This document shows, piece by piece, positions 24,404 to 35,155 of a stretch of DNA of 64,000 bases (position 1 is its first letter; every line of letters begins with the position of its first letter). The DNA is from an uncultured Acidobacteriota bacterium. Lineage in GTDB: Bacteria; Acidobacteriota; Vicinamibacteria; Vicinamibacterales; CAVVIG01. Made by a program: the position numbers and the translations under genes. The notes beneath the pieces were generated by a model. It was not told the origin of the DNA. It ran no database searches and worked only from the letters and a program-made list of their open reading frames with translations. Location: the NCBI GenBank assembly GCA_963724695.1, contig CAVRVW010000002.1:76868-140867 (forward strand). Direction: 5' to 3'.

Positions 24404-25558
24404 TCACTTCACGGAATACTTGGTGAACGCGCCGCCGGCCTGGGTCATCGAGTTCGGCCCTTCCGCCGCGAACACGTTGCCGTCCGCGTCAACCGCAACG
24501 CCTTCCCCTGCCGCGCCCTGACCCAGGCGATCTTCGCGCTCGAAGGGCGGGATGAACTGGGTGATGCGGTCTTCGTCGAGGGGACCGATGCGCACGCCGT
24601 TGCGCCAGTTCGTGTGGTTCAGCGGGCCGGACTCCGAGTCGATCGCGTAGACCGTGTCGCCCTTGATGAAGATCCCGCTGATACGTCCGTACATGTAGCG
24701 CGACTCGAGGTACTTGCCCTCCTGGTCGAAGATCTCGATCCGGTGGTTGCCCCGGTCCGCCACCCAGAGGCGGCCCTTCGCGTCGAACACCATGGCGTGG
24801 GGCGTCCGGAACTCGCCGTGAAGCAGGCCGATCTTCCCCCACGACTTGACGAACTTGCCTTGCGCGGTGAACTTGCTGATCCGGGCTGTGGCGCCGCGCT
24901 TGAGGCCTTCGGCGATCGCGGCGTTGGTGGTCATGCCCTGGCCGTCGTGCCCGTCGGACACGTAGATGCTGCCGTCGGGCCCGACCACGACGTCGTTGGG
25001 CTGGTTGAACTGGCCGTCGGCGTTGCCGGGCTTGCCGGCGATGCCGAGGCTCAGCAGCTTCTCGCCCTTCGAGCTGAACTTGTGGACCTGGTGCCCCTTG
25101 GTGCCCGCCTCGTTGCCCGCGAAGTCGGCGATCCACACGTTGCCCTGCCTGTCCACGTGGATGCCGTGCGGCGTCACCATGACGCCCTTGCCGAAGTTCG
25201 CGAGCACCGCGCCGGTCCGTCGGTCGAACTTGAAGATCGGATCGACCACGTTGTTGTCGCAGCTGACCGGACCGCCGCCGGCCGTACCCGCGCCGCAACG
25301 CTCGTACGCCCAGACGTTGCCGTCGATTGGGTCGATGTCGATGCCGGCCGACGTGCCCCACTTCCGGCCCGCGGGCAGCTGACCCCAGTTGCGCGTCACA
25401 ACGGGGGCCGGATTTGGCAGCCCCACGCCCGTGATGGGACTCGCGACGATCGTTTTTCCAGGGGCCTGGGCTTGCACCTTGGTATCGGTGTCCCAGGTCG
25501 TCATGAGGAAAGCGGCGCCAGCGCCGAGGGCATACAAGAGGATTCGTGACAGTGACAT
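24404..25558 (-). CDS. Secreted NHL-repeat beta-propeller, PAL-like
   Basis: AAGGAG RBS, signal peptide, TPHGIHVD, FNQPNDV, SDGH, TPHAMVFD, VADRGNHR. Confidence 0.85.
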   Translation of the reverse strand: MSLSRILLYALGAGAAFLMTTWDTDTKVQAQAPGKTIVASPITGVGLPNPAPVVTRNWGQLPAGRKWGTSAGIDIDPIDGNVWAYERCGAGTAGGGPVSCDNNVVDPIFKFDRRTGAVLANFGKGVMVTPHGIHVDRQGNVWIADFAGNEAGTKGHQVHKFSSKGEKLLSLGIAGKPGNADGQFNQPNDVVVGPDGSIYVSDGHDGQGMTTNAAIAEGLKRGATARISKFTAQGKFVKSWGKIGLLHGEFRTPHAMVFDAKGRLWVADRGNHRIEIFDQEGKYLESRYMYGRISGIFIKGDTVYAIDSESGPLNHTNWRNGVRIGPLDEDRITQFIPPFEREDRLGQGAAGEGVAVDADGNVFAAEGPNSMTQAGGAFTKYSVK

Positions 25559-25671
25559 GGCAGCTCCTTTGTTCCGGTCCGATAGTAGAGCCGAGATACA
25601 CGGCCGGACGCAAGTGCCGTTTGCGGCATGCGCTCGTGGCGACGTGACGGCTGGCGAGCCGTGCTGGGCGG

Positions 25672-27442
25672 TCAGAACGCGCAGTTGGTGAGTGGGAGAT
25701 CGGAGCCGCCCAGACTTCGATGGGTGGCGTCGTTGAGCTGGCCCTGAGCCGTGGGCCCAAGCCGCCGCAACCAGTCCTCGACCATTTCCCGCACGACCGG
25801 AGCACTTCGAACCGGCCCGACCCCACCCAACCACTCCGGCGACGCCAGGCTGCCGTTCAGCGTCGGCGCGCCGATCGTCACGGCGAGCAGCCGATCATCA
25901 TCCTGAATCCGTCTGCGTGCCGCGGAAGAGCTCGACGTGGAGGCCGTCTGCCAGGCAACTCGCTCGCACGTCCACGCCTGAAAGGCCAAGCGAGCCGCGG
26001 CGGCCTTGACGGATCTCGCCGGCCAGCCACCGGCCGAGATCCGCGCCGCTCAACGTGATCTGCGCGATGCGGTTGTCGAAAGGGAAGACGTCGTAGAGCC
26101 GTCCAAGTGTGACCGCGCCTTCGGGCAGGTCCGCCCAGAGACGCCCCGCGTTGTTGATCGCTGCCACGTCCGCGCCCGGCACCGCGGCGCGAAGCGCCTC
26201 GGCCAGGAGGTTCCCGAGCGGCGAGCTGAGGCCGCCGGCTCGTTGAATTCGGGCCGCGATCGAGACGCCGAGCGGGGTGGCCTGGAGCTCACGAACGCGC
26301 TGGAGCGCGGGCGCCATCGCCTGGACGATCGCCGGATCGCTCGTGACGGGTCTTCCTTCGTACTGTGCCTGCACGACTGCTCCCGTGGTGGAAGCGCAGT
26401 TCCCGGTGGCGGAGTCCTGCTGGGCACAGATCTGGCGCGGTGCGAAGAGCTGGGTCCGCGCGACCTTCCTGCTCCGGCGATCGAAGACCACATCGACGCG
26501 ACCGAACGACTGGCCGCGCGAGAAGGGCTGGATGATCGCCATCGCCGTTGACCTGATGCCCGAGCCCGGCGTGAGTATGGCCGGCGGCGATCACGTCCAC
26601 CAAGCCGCGGGGCAGGCTTCTCGCCACCTGGAAGATTTCGGACTCCGGGTCGCACGACGAATGATCCGTGGGCTCGTCGAACCGGTCACAGCGCCCGCCC
26701 GCATGGGACACGACGATCACGACTGTCGGCGCCGGCAGCGCGAAGCTTCGACGCTTCGGCCGCGATCGCCGCCTCGAGCGGCGCAATCCGCAGGCCCTGA
26801 ACGTTGGCCGCAAGGGTCGATCGCAGCGCACTCGATCGTCATGACCCCCACGAGGCCGACCTTGACCCCGACGGCATCCACGAGCCGCGACGGCGACACG
26901 TTCGGCCAGTCGACCGGCCCGGCCCGTCTCGTCGTCGATCAGATTGGCGGCGAGGAACGGATACCGCGCCTGAGCCGCGCGCGCCTTGAGAGCGCCGCGC
27001 AGGTCGCCCGGCAGCTGCCGCGCCGCCGGCGAATCGACGGACCCGAAATCGAAGTCGTGGTTGCCGATCGCCTGCGCCGTGTACCCCATCGCGTTGTACG
27101 CGTCGACGACGAGGGCGCCCTCGCTGAGGTTCGACTCGATGCCGCCCTGAAACGTGTCGCCCGAGTCGACGAGCAGGACCGCCCCGCCGTCTGCCGCCCG
27201 GGCCGCGCGCAGGTTGTTCACGTATCCCGCGAGCAGGGGCAGGCCGCCGACGCCCGTTCTGCGGAAAGGCCGACCCCGTGGAGATCGCTCGTCCCGACGA
27301 TCGAAAGGGTGACCAGCGCCGGTTCGTCGGGCAGGGCGGCTTGCCCGGGCAGATGTGCCGCCGTTGCGACCCAGAGGACCGCGAGCGCGACAATGCCGGG
27401 AACGATCCCCTGGACGGCTCTACCCGTTGGCCTTCGACGCAT
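25672..27442 (-). CDS. 5'-nucleotidase / UDP-sugar hydrolase; multiple frameshifts
   Basis: TSDLHG, DSGD, GNHDFD, FLAAN, VSHAG, AGHTH and FPFDN spread over several frames. Confidence 0.8.
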
Positions 27443-27543
27443 TTGCTGTTCAGATCCTGGCGCGTCTGCATCATCGCACAGCAAGGGACTTCGTGGATGG
27501 GGACAGAAGGTCTCTTAGAATCGTGCAAACTGGTGATCAGGAA

Positions 27544-28353
27544 ATGATTCCATCAACGATCGATCTCGCACGGCGCGTCGATCGCGCGGAGATCGAGTTC
27601 TGCGCGCTCGCCGGCGCCACGGGCCTCGGCCGCCCGCTCGATCGGCTGGACGCGGGCGGCGGCGTCGCGCTGTTCGGCAAGCCGGGGTCGCCGTTCAACA
27701 AGGTTCTGGGCCTCGGTCTCAGCGGCGGCGTGCCAGACGGCGACCTCGATCGCCTCGTGCGCTTCTACCAGGAGCGCGGGTCGCCCGCGCAGGTCGAACT
27801 GTGCCCGATGGCTTATGCGGACGTCGCGGCGCGCCTCGGCGCGCGCGGATTCCTCGTCCAGGGATTCGAGAGCGAGCTGGGACGCCACCCGGGATCGGTA
27901 CCCGCGATGCCGCCGGACGTGCGCGTGGCAGTCGTCGAGCCCGAGCAGGAGGACCTCTGGCTCCGCACTATCGCGGACGGGTTCGTGGCCGCGGAGCCGC
28001 ACGCCGGCGGAGGCCCAGGCCACGAGACGTTCTCCACTGAGCAGCTGATGGAGATGATGGCCGACTTCCGTCATCCGCACATCCGCCGCTTTATTGCGTG
28101 GATCGACGGGCAGGCGGCCGGCGGCGGGTCGTCGTGGATGCTCGACGGCGTGCTGGGCGTTGCAGGCACGTCGACCCTTCCGCAGTTCCGCCGGCGGGGC
28201 GTGCAGGCCGCCATCACGATTCAGGCGATCCTCGACGGCCGCGACGCGGACCTCATCATCGCGACCACCGCGCCAGGCAGCACGTCGCAGCGCACGTTCG
28301 AGCGCCTCGGCTTCCAGCTCCTCTACACCCGCACGATTCTGGTGAAGGCCTGA
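27544..28353 (+). CDS. GNAT family N-acetyltransferase
   Basis: TLPQFRRRGVQ motif A; SQRTFERLGF. Confidence 0.85.
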   Translation: MIPSTIDLARRVDRAEIEFCALAGATGLGRPLDRLDAGGGVALFGKPGSPFNKVLGLGLSGGVPDGDLDRLVRFYQERGSPAQVELCPMAYADVAARLGARGFLVQGFESELGRHPGSVPAMPPDVRVAVVEPEQEDLWLRTIADGFVAAEPHAGGGPGHETFSTEQLMEMMADFRHPHIRRFIAWIDGQAAGGGSSWMLDGVLGVAGTSTLPQFRRRGVQAAITIQAILDGRDADLIIATTAPGSTSQRTFERLGFQLLYTRTILVKA

Positions 28354-28383
28354 CGACGTGATCGATACTGGATCTCCCAGATC

Positions 28384-30909
28384 GTGCTGAACGCCGCCGT
28401 CTCGCTCTTCGTGTTGTCCCGCTGCGTCGCTCCGGGCGCCGCAACGGGCCTGCCCTGGTCCGCGCCGGGCGTGGCGGCCGTGGCGACTGTTTCCCGCTCG
28501 GCGGGCGCGGCGGACACACTGGGCCAACCGGTGCAGTCGGGGACGGGCCGGGTCGTCGTGACCCTCTCGCTCGAGAGCCTGCGGATACCCGCTGTAGACG
28601 TGGAGCTTCGCAGCGTCGACGACAACGTGGTCATCGGGCGCACCAGCAGCGACGCTGTCGGGCAGGTCTCGTTCCCCGACGTCCCTGCCGGCCGCTACCA
28701 GGTGCGTGCCACCCGCGAGGGCTTCGCCGACGCCGAGTCGTCGCCGTTCGTCGTGCGCGGAGACGCGACCGAGCAGGTGTGGCTCGAGATGCAGCTCACC
28801 TTCGTTCGCGAGAGCGTCGATGTCGTGGTTCCGGCCAACTCGCCGACCGAAAGCCTCCAGCCGGTGGCCGTCAGCGACGTCCTGAACGGCGCGAAGATGG
28901 ATGTGCAGCCGCTCGCCGGCGACGACTTCCAGTCGCTCCTGACCGTGCTGCCGAGCGTGATCCGGGGCCCGGACGGGCGGCTCCGGGTCAAGGGTGGGGC
29001 GCCCACCAGCGGCGCCCTGCAGATGAGCAGCGCGAGCCTGAACGATCCGTCCACCGGAGACTTCGACCTCGAGCTGCCGAGCGGCGCCGTCGAGTCCGTC
29101 GAGGTGCTGGCCAGTCCGTTTGCGGCGGAGTACGGGCGGTTCTCGACGAGCCTCACGCAGGTCCGGACCAGGCGCGGGACCAACGAGTGGAGCTTCACCC
29201 CTGGCGGCCTGATGCCCACCGTCGGCAGGGGCCCGGACTACATCCGCCGGTTCGAGCCGCGACTGTCGGTCACGGGCCCGCTCAAGCGGGATCGCCTGCT
29301 GCTCGGCCAGCATGTGCAGTACCGCCTCGTGCGAACGCCCGTCGACAGCCTGCCCGGCAGCCCGCTGGTCGGGCTCGACAGCTTCGACTCCTTCACGCGG
29401 CTCGACGCCGTCCTCTCGTCGCGCCACGCCCTGACGGGTGGCGTCATCTACTTCCCGAGGAAGATCAGCAACGCGACCCTGTCGACGTTCCGTCCTCCGG
29501 AGACGACGATGACGTTCACGCAGGAAGGGTTCTCCGCGGGCCTGGTCGACCGGCTGATTCTGTCGGACTGGGTGGTGCTCGAGTCGACGCTGGCCGGCCG
29601 GACCTTTGAAGTGAACGAGAAGGTCGGCGGCGACCGGCCCATGATCTACGCGCCCCAGAGCCAGGGCGGACACTTCTTCAACCGTCAGGAACGCAACGTC
29701 AGCGGCCTGCAGGTGGTCGAAGCGCTCAGCTTCTCCCAGGATGAGTGGCTCGGGCAGCACGTCTTCAAGCTGGGATTCGACCTGCAGCACTCCGAGTTCT
29801 ATGGCGACAGCGTCAGCTCCCAGCTCGACATCGTCCGCCTCGACGGGTCGCTCGCCGAGCGTGCGATCTATGCGCGCACTGCGCCGGAGCAGGAGGTCAG
29901 CGGCATCGAGATCACCGGGTTCGTCCAGGACCGCTGGCGTGTGAACGATCGGCTGAACTTCGAGCTGGGCCTCCGCCTGGACCGGGACTCCATTCCCGAT
30001 CGCGTCAACGTGTCGCCGCGGTTCGGCATGGCCGTGAGCCTGCTGCCCGAGGGCCGTGGAATCCTGCGCGGGGGAGTGGGCAAGTTCTTCGAGCGTACGC
30101 CCCTGACCGTCGGCGCGTTCACCCAGTACGAAGTCCGCACCGCCCGCCGATTCGACGCCAGCGGGACTCCGGCTGGCTCGGCGGTCTCCTTCGCGCATGT
30201 CATCGATGGCGCGCTCAGAACCCCTGAGAGCCTCGTCGAGACACTGGCCTGGGATCAGCGGTTCGGGCGGCGGTTCTTCTTCAAGACGTCGTTCACGCAC
30301 CGTGAAGGGTCGCACGCCTACACGATCAACCCCGATCCGAGCGAGGGCCAGCTCGTGCTGGCCTCGTCGGGCACCTCGCGATACTGGGAGGTCGAGGCGA
30401 CCGGCCGGTACCTCGCCAACGAGCGTCGGGATCTGACCGTGTCGTACGTGCGGTCGAACGGCACGCGGGATCTGAACGACTACGATGATTTCTTCGGCAA
30501 CTTCAGGAACCCGATCATCCGGCAGAATGAGCACTCGCTCAGCGAGACGGACGTGCCGCATCGCTTGATCGTTCGGGGCGCGCTCGGCCTGCCCAAACAG
30601 TGGGTGTTCTCGCCCATCTACGAATGGCGCACGGGCTTTCCCTGGTCCGCAGTCGACGAGTATCAGGATTTCGTGGGATCCCGCAATCGATCGGGCCGGC
30701 TGCCGCACGTGTCGACGCTCGACTTCTCGATCGCGAGGCCATGGGCCTTCAGGCAATATCGATTCACCGGCGGGCTGAGGCTGTATAACACGCTCGGCCA
30801 CAGCAGCGACCGCGACGTGCAGGCGAATGTCACGTCGCCGGACTACGGCCGGTTCTACAATCCGATTCGCCGCTCGATCGGATTCCTGTTCTCGGCGAGC
30901 GGCCGTTAG
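28384..30909 (+). CDS. TonB-dependent receptor-like protein with carboxypeptidase regulatory-like N-terminal domain
   Basis: GRYQVRATREGF, FAAEYGR, FVQDRWRVNDRLNFELGLRLD, SPRFG. Confidence 0.8.
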   Translation: MLNAAVSLFVLSRCVAPGAATGLPWSAPGVAAVATVSRSAGAADTLGQPVQSGTGRVVVTLSLESLRIPAVDVELRSVDDNVVIGRTSSDAVGQVSFPDVPAGRYQVRATREGFADAESSPFVVRGDATEQVWLEMQLTFVRESVDVVVPANSPTESLQPVAVSDVLNGAKMDVQPLAGDDFQSLLTVLPSVIRGPDGRLRVKGGAPTSGALQMSSASLNDPSTGDFDLELPSGAVESVEVLASPFAAEYGRFSTSLTQVRTRRGTNEWSFTPGGLMPTVGRGPDYIRRFEPRLSVTGPLKRDRLLLGQHVQYRLVRTPVDSLPGSPLVGLDSFDSFTRLDAVLSSRHALTGGVIYFPRKISNATLSTFRPPETTMTFTQEGFSAGLVDRLILSDWVVLESTLAGRTFEVNEKVGGDRPMIYAPQSQGGHFFNRQERNVSGLQVVEALSFSQDEWLGQHVFKLGFDLQHSEFYGDSVSSQLDIVRLDGSLAERAIYARTAPEQEVSGIEITGFVQDRWRVNDRLNFELGLRLDRDSIPDRVNVSPRFGMAVSLLPEGRGILRGGVGKFFERTPLTVGAFTQYEVRTARRFDASGTPAGSAVSFAHVIDGALRTPESLVETLAWDQRFGRRFFFKTSFTHREGSHAYTINPDPSEGQLVLASSGTSRYWEVEATGRYLANERRDLTVSYVRSNGTRDLNDYDDFFGNFRNPIIRQNEHSLSETDVPHRLIVRGALGLPKQWVFSPIYEWRTGFPWSAVDEYQDFVGSRNRSGRLPHVSTLDFSIARPWAFRQYRFTGGLRLYNTLGHSSDRDVQANVTSPDYGRFYNPIRRSIGFLFSASGR

Positions 30910-30998
30910 TGCGGTTTGCAAGACGGTGTAGCGGTACGTAGGCCGGGTCCTTTCGGACCCGGCTCGCGGTTGTGGCAAGCTCGTCGAGGACCGCAGTC

Positions 30999-31907
30999 AT
31001 GATTGACCAGCAAGACATCGACACCGGCGAGTTCCCGCTGCCGCACGTCGCGGTTCCGACGACCTCTTCCACGAGCGTGCATATCGAGGTCGCGGCGCTC
31101 TCCGACAAGGGGAAGGTGCGGGAACGAAACGAGGACCACTACTTCGTCGCCAGAGGAGGGCGCCACCTCACGACACTCCTGACCAACGTACCTCCGGGCG
31201 ACGTTCCGTCGCAGTTTGGCGAGACGGGCTACCTGATGATTGTCGCCGACGGGATGGGCGGCCACGTGGGAGGCGAGGTGGCGAGCCGGTTGGCGATTGC
31301 CACCCTCATCAACATCCTCCTCCACGTCCCGGACTGGATCCTGAGGCTCGACGATGTGCAGGCGCAGAGGGTGGCCGATCGCGCGGTCGCGCGCTACCGC
31401 CAGGTGCACGAGGTGCTCCAGGAGCAGGCCCGTCTCGACTCGCGCCTGGAGGGGATGGGCACCACGATGACGGCGGCGTACAGCCTGGGCAACGACCTGT
31501 TCGTCACCCAGGTGGGAGACTCGAGAGCGTACCTGTTTCGCGGCGGCCAGCTGCAGCTCCTGACCCGGGATCAGACCGTCGCGCAGATGCTCGTCGATCG
31601 GGGAGAGCTCAGCCAGCAGGAGGTGGCACGCCATCGGCTCCGCAACGTGCTCACGAGCGCCCTGGGAGGCTCGATGAAGGATGTGCGCGTCGAGATCCAG
31701 CGGCTGAAGCTCGCCGACGGCGATCGCCTGCTTCTCTGCAGCGACGGCCTCACGGACATGCTCGACGCCGACGGCATTGCCGATGTGCTCGGCCGGGAGC
31801 CTCGCTCGAACGAGGCCTGCCGGCTTCTCGTCGAGGGCGCCCTGGAGAAGGGCGGGAAGGACAACATCACCGTCGTCCTCGCGCGCTACTCGATGCCGGT
31901 GGACTGA
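30999..31907 (+). CDS. PP2C-family protein Ser/Thr phosphatase
   Basis: RERNED, VADGMGG, GMGTT, VGDSRAY, CSDGL, GKDNIT. Confidence 0.93.
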   Translation: MIDQQDIDTGEFPLPHVAVPTTSSTSVHIEVAALSDKGKVRERNEDHYFVARGGRHLTTLLTNVPPGDVPSQFGETGYLMIVADGMGGHVGGEVASRLAIATLINILLHVPDWILRLDDVQAQRVADRAVARYRQVHEVLQEQARLDSRLEGMGTTMTAAYSLGNDLFVTQVGDSRAYLFRGGQLQLLTRDQTVAQMLVDRGELSQQEVARHRLRNVLTSALGGSMKDVRVEIQRLKLADGDRLLLCSDGLTDMLDADGIADVLGREPRSNEACRLLVEGALEKGGKDNITVVLARYSMPVD

Positions 31908-31925
31908 CGCGGCGCGCAAGAGCCG

Positions 31926-32825
31926 CTATCCACGCTTGCGGCGCTCGAGCTCCGCAAGCGTCTTCGGCCAGTCCTCGCGCAGCAGTCTCGAGAGCGAACG
32001 GTCGGCCAGCAGGCGGCCGCCCGTCTGGCACGTCGCGCAATAGTTGGCCTCGTTGGCCGCATAGACAATCCGCTGGACCGTTGATCCGCAGTCGGGACAG
32101 GGCTGGCCGTAGCGGCCGTGGACCGCCATACCCTCGCGGAACGCGGTGACCTTCATCGGGAAGTCCGCGCCAGCTTCCTCCCGGAGCCGATCGATCCATC
32201 GCGACAATGTCGATCGCGTGGCCTCGAACAGGCGGCCGATCTCCTCGTCGGTCAACGAAGCAGTCAGTTTGAGCGGCGACAGCCGGGCCGCGAACAGAAT
32301 CTCGTCCGAGTAGGCATTGCCGATGCCGCTGAACAGGTGCGGATCCGTCAATGCGCGCTTGAGCGTATGGTTCTCCAGCCGCAGCGCTGCCGCGAAGCCG
32401 GCGAGGTCCGCCGACAGCACTTCGAGGCCGCCGGGATCGTGTGCGGCGAGGGCGTCCCGACCTCTCACGACGTGGAGCGACGCTTGCCGCTTGGTGCCGG
32501 CTTCGGTCAGGATCAGCGTCCCGTTGTCGAAGTCGAGCGCGAGCAGGCCAATCTTGCCGGGAACGGCGGCGCCTGCTTCCTTCCACCGGAAGCGCCCCGC
32601 AATCATCAGGTGGAACACCAGGAACACCTCGCCGTCCAGTTCGAACGCGATGCGCTTCCCCAGGCGATGCAGGGCGACCACCATGCGGCCGGCGGCGTCT
32701 GCGAGAGGCGGATCGATCGAGCGCAGCAGGAAGGGCGAGACCAGCCGGACGGCCGTCAGCCGGCGTCCGACGACCCTGTGGCCAACCGCGTGGATGTAGA
32801 GCAGGATGTCTGGAAGCTCGGGCAT
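31926..32825 (-). CDS. Fpg/Nei family DNA glycosylase/AP lyase
   Basis: N-terminal PELP, GIGNAYSDEILF (H2TH), C4 zinc finger CPDC and CATC. Confidence 0.92.
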   Translation of the reverse strand: MPELPDILLYIHAVGHRVVGRRLTAVRLVSPFLLRSIDPPLADAAGRMVVALHRLGKRIAFELDGEVFLVFHLMIAGRFRWKEAGAAVPGKIGLLALDFDNGTLILTEAGTKRQASLHVVRGRDALAAHDPGGLEVLSADLAGFAAALRLENHTLKRALTDPHLFSGIGNAYSDEILFAARLSPLKLTASLTDEEIGRLFEATRSTLSRWIDRLREEAGADFPMKVTAFREGMAVHGRYGQPCPDCGSTVQRIVYAANEANYCATCQTGGRLLADRSLSRLLREDWPKTLAELERRKRG

Positions 32826-32858
32826 CGGCGCCTCGCGGCGAAGAACTGACGCGCCGGG

Positions 32859-34445
32859 TCAGGAGCCCGCGAGCAGGGTCATCGCTATCTGCGCGCAGAT
32901 GATCTTCAGGATCGTCGTCGACGGATAGACGGTGGCGAAGGCGATGTCGAGCCGGTCGCTCTTCACCGCCTGGTTGGCGTACGCCAGGATGGCCGGGTTG
33001 CCGGCAGTGCCTGATATCACGCCGAACAGATCGTCGGTGGACATGCGCAGGGCATACTGCCCGAGAGCCAGCACCGCCACGAAGCCGGCCAGCACCGTGG
33101 CGGTACCCATCGCGAGGAACAGGACCCCTGCGGTAGACACCGTCTGCACGAAGGGTGCGCCCGACCCGAGGCCGACCGCGGCGAGAAACAGCGTCAGCCC
33201 GAAACTGCGAAGCGTCAGGTTGGCGGCCAGCGGCATGTGCCACGACAAGGAGCCGCTCCGACCCAGCCTGCCCAGCACGAGCGCCACCAGCAGTGGTCCA
33301 CCGGCGAGGCCGAGCGAGAACGTGCCCAGGCCCGGGATGGGGAACTTGATGAGCCCGAGCAGGACGCCGAGGGACATGCCCAGGCCGACGGAGACGTACG
33401 AAAACTCGGCCGTCGACTTCAGCGAGTCGCCGAAGAACGTGCGCACGCCGGGAATCGACTCCCGCGGCACAATCGCGCCCACCCGATCGCCATATTCGAG
33501 CACGAGGTCGGCGGCCGGCATGAGCAGGGCGTCACCGCGCCGCACCTCGGTGATGTTCGCGACCATGCCGTCGGGAAACGTCAAATCGCCAATGGCGGTG
33601 CCCACCAGCGCCGGGCGCGACACGAAGACCCGCACGACGTCGAGGGTGCTCCGATCTTTCGCGAACCGGCCCGGTTGCACGCGACCGAGCGCCCGCCGGG
33701 CCTGCTCGAGCACCTCGGGCTGGCCGTACAACAACACCCCGTCACCCGCGCCGACACGCGCCAGCGGATCGGGCAGCCGGCTCGCGTCGTCCTTGCGAAT
33801 GGCGGCCAGGAGAACGCCGGCGGGCAGCTGGTCCATCAACTCCGCCACCGTGACGGGCTCGATGCTCTCCAAGGTGATCTCGAGGGGCTGCGGCGGCGCG
33901 GGCGCAGGTGCGACGCGCGGCTGGAACAGGCGTGTGAAGGCGAAGAGACAGAGGATGGGCCCCACCACGCCGAGCGGATAGGCCACCGAGTAACCAATGG
34001 CCGGATCGCGGTTTCCCGCGGCATCAATCGCGGCCTGCATGGCAGGGGTGCTGGTCATCCCCCCTGCAAACAGCCCGATCGAATGCTCCGGCGTCACGCC
34101 CAGTGCCTGGCCCAGCACGAGCGCCACCACCAGCGAGGCGAGAACCCCGGCGGCCCCAAGCAGGTTCCAGATCAAGCCGGGCCCCCGCAAGCCCGCGAAG
34201 AAGGCCCGGCCGTACTGAATGCCCACGCCGTAGAGGAACATGGCCAGGCCGATGGAGTTCACCAGGCCCGGCGGCACGGAGCCGGGCGCGAGCGCGCCAA
34301 GCGCGAGGCCGGCAAACAGCACCGCGCCGACCCCGAGGGAGAACCCGGCAATCGAAATCTGCCCCAGCGCGTAGCCAAGCCCGATGGCCGCAAAGAGCGC
34401 GAGCAGCGGCGACTGCTCGAGGACGACCTTCACCCACTCCAACAT
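32859..34445 (-). CDS. AspT/YidE family antiporter with TrkA-C domains
   Basis: FLYGVG, TSTPAM, GYSVAYPLG, GLAGGPL, GNPAIL; duplicated TM halves. Confidence 0.88.
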   Translation of the reverse strand: MLEWVKVVLEQSPLLALFAAIGLGYALGQISIAGFSLGVGAVLFAGLALGALAPGSVPPGLVNSIGLAMFLYGVGIQYGRAFFAGLRGPGLIWNLLGAAGVLASLVVALVLGQALGVTPEHSIGLFAGGMTSTPAMQAAIDAAGNRDPAIGYSVAYPLGVVGPILCLFAFTRLFQPRVAPAPAPPQPLEITLESIEPVTVAELMDQLPAGVLLAAIRKDDASRLPDPLARVGAGDGVLLYGQPEVLEQARRALGRVQPGRFAKDRSTLDVVRVFVSRPALVGTAIGDLTFPDGMVANITEVRRGDALLMPAADLVLEYGDRVGAIVPRESIPGVRTFFGDSLKSTAEFSYVSVGLGMSLGVLLGLIKFPIPGLGTFSLGLAGGPLLVALVLGRLGRSGSLSWHMPLAANLTLRSFGLTLFLAAVGLGSGAPFVQTVSTAGVLFLAMGTATVLAGFVAVLALGQYALRMSTDDLFGVISGTAGNPAILAYANQAVKSDRLDIAFATVYPSTTILKIICAQIAMTLLAGS

Positions 34446-34473
34446 TGGCGCTCCTTGTGGCGACGTGGCGAGC

Positions 34474-35154
34474 CTACCATGCGGCGCTGTCGGCCAGCAC
34501 CAGCGCTGCTTCCTGGCGGACGCGTCCCGCCGGAATCGAGGCGTCCGCAGCGCAGAGGCGGGACAGCATCGCGCGCTTGTCGGCCCCCGTCACGAGCCAG
34601 AGAACGCGCCGCGCGCGGTTGATGATCGGGAAGGTCAACGTCATGCGCCGCCGCTCCATGTAGACGCCGGTCAGCGCGACATCACGGTCGACGACGTCCA
34701 GGACGGGATCGCGGGGAACCAGCGACGCGGTGTGGCCGTCAGGCCCAAGCCCGAGATGCACGAGGTCGAGCACGGGGGGCATGCCGGCGATCTGTTCGAG
34801 GAGACGCGCATGGCGGCGCGCGCCCATCTCGACATCCGCCTCCTCGACCGGCATGGCGTGGATGTGATCCGCCTGGAGCGGGGCATGTTCGAGCAGGCTC
34901 TTCTGCAGGTGTGTCAGGTTGCGGTCGGGATCGCCAGGCGGGGCGATCCGTTCGTCCACCTGGGTCACGTGCACGTCCGGCCACGGCACATCTTCGTCAG
35001 CGAGCGCGCGAAGCATCATCAACGGCGTGCGGCCGCCGCTGACCGCCATCACGAACCGGCCCCGCGCCGCCACACCAGCCCGTGCCTCGGCCGCAATCAG
35101 TCGGGCGGCGGCTCCGGCTACGGCGTCGGCGTCGGCGAAGACTCGCGGCTCCAC
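34474..35154 (-). CDS. pgl: 6-phosphogluconolactonase
   Basis: SGGRTP, VDER, LGLGPDGHTASL, RMTLT. Confidence 0.9.
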   Translation of the reverse strand: MEPRVFADADAVAGAAARLIAAEARAGVAARGRFVMAVSGGRTPLMMLRALADEDVPWPDVHVTQVDERIAPPGDPDRNLTHLQKSLLEHAPLQADHIHAMPVEEADVEMGARRHARLLEQIAGMPPVLDLVHLGLGPDGHTASLVPRDPVLDVVDRDVALTGVYMERRRMTLTFPIINRARRVLWLVTGADKRAMLSRLCAADASIPAGRVRQEAALVLADSAAW

Positions 35155-35155
35155 C

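Noticed and set aside
27553-30978. 1141-aa minus-strand ORF
   Set aside because: Antisense shadow of the GNAT and TonB genes in GC-rich DNA; no motifs.
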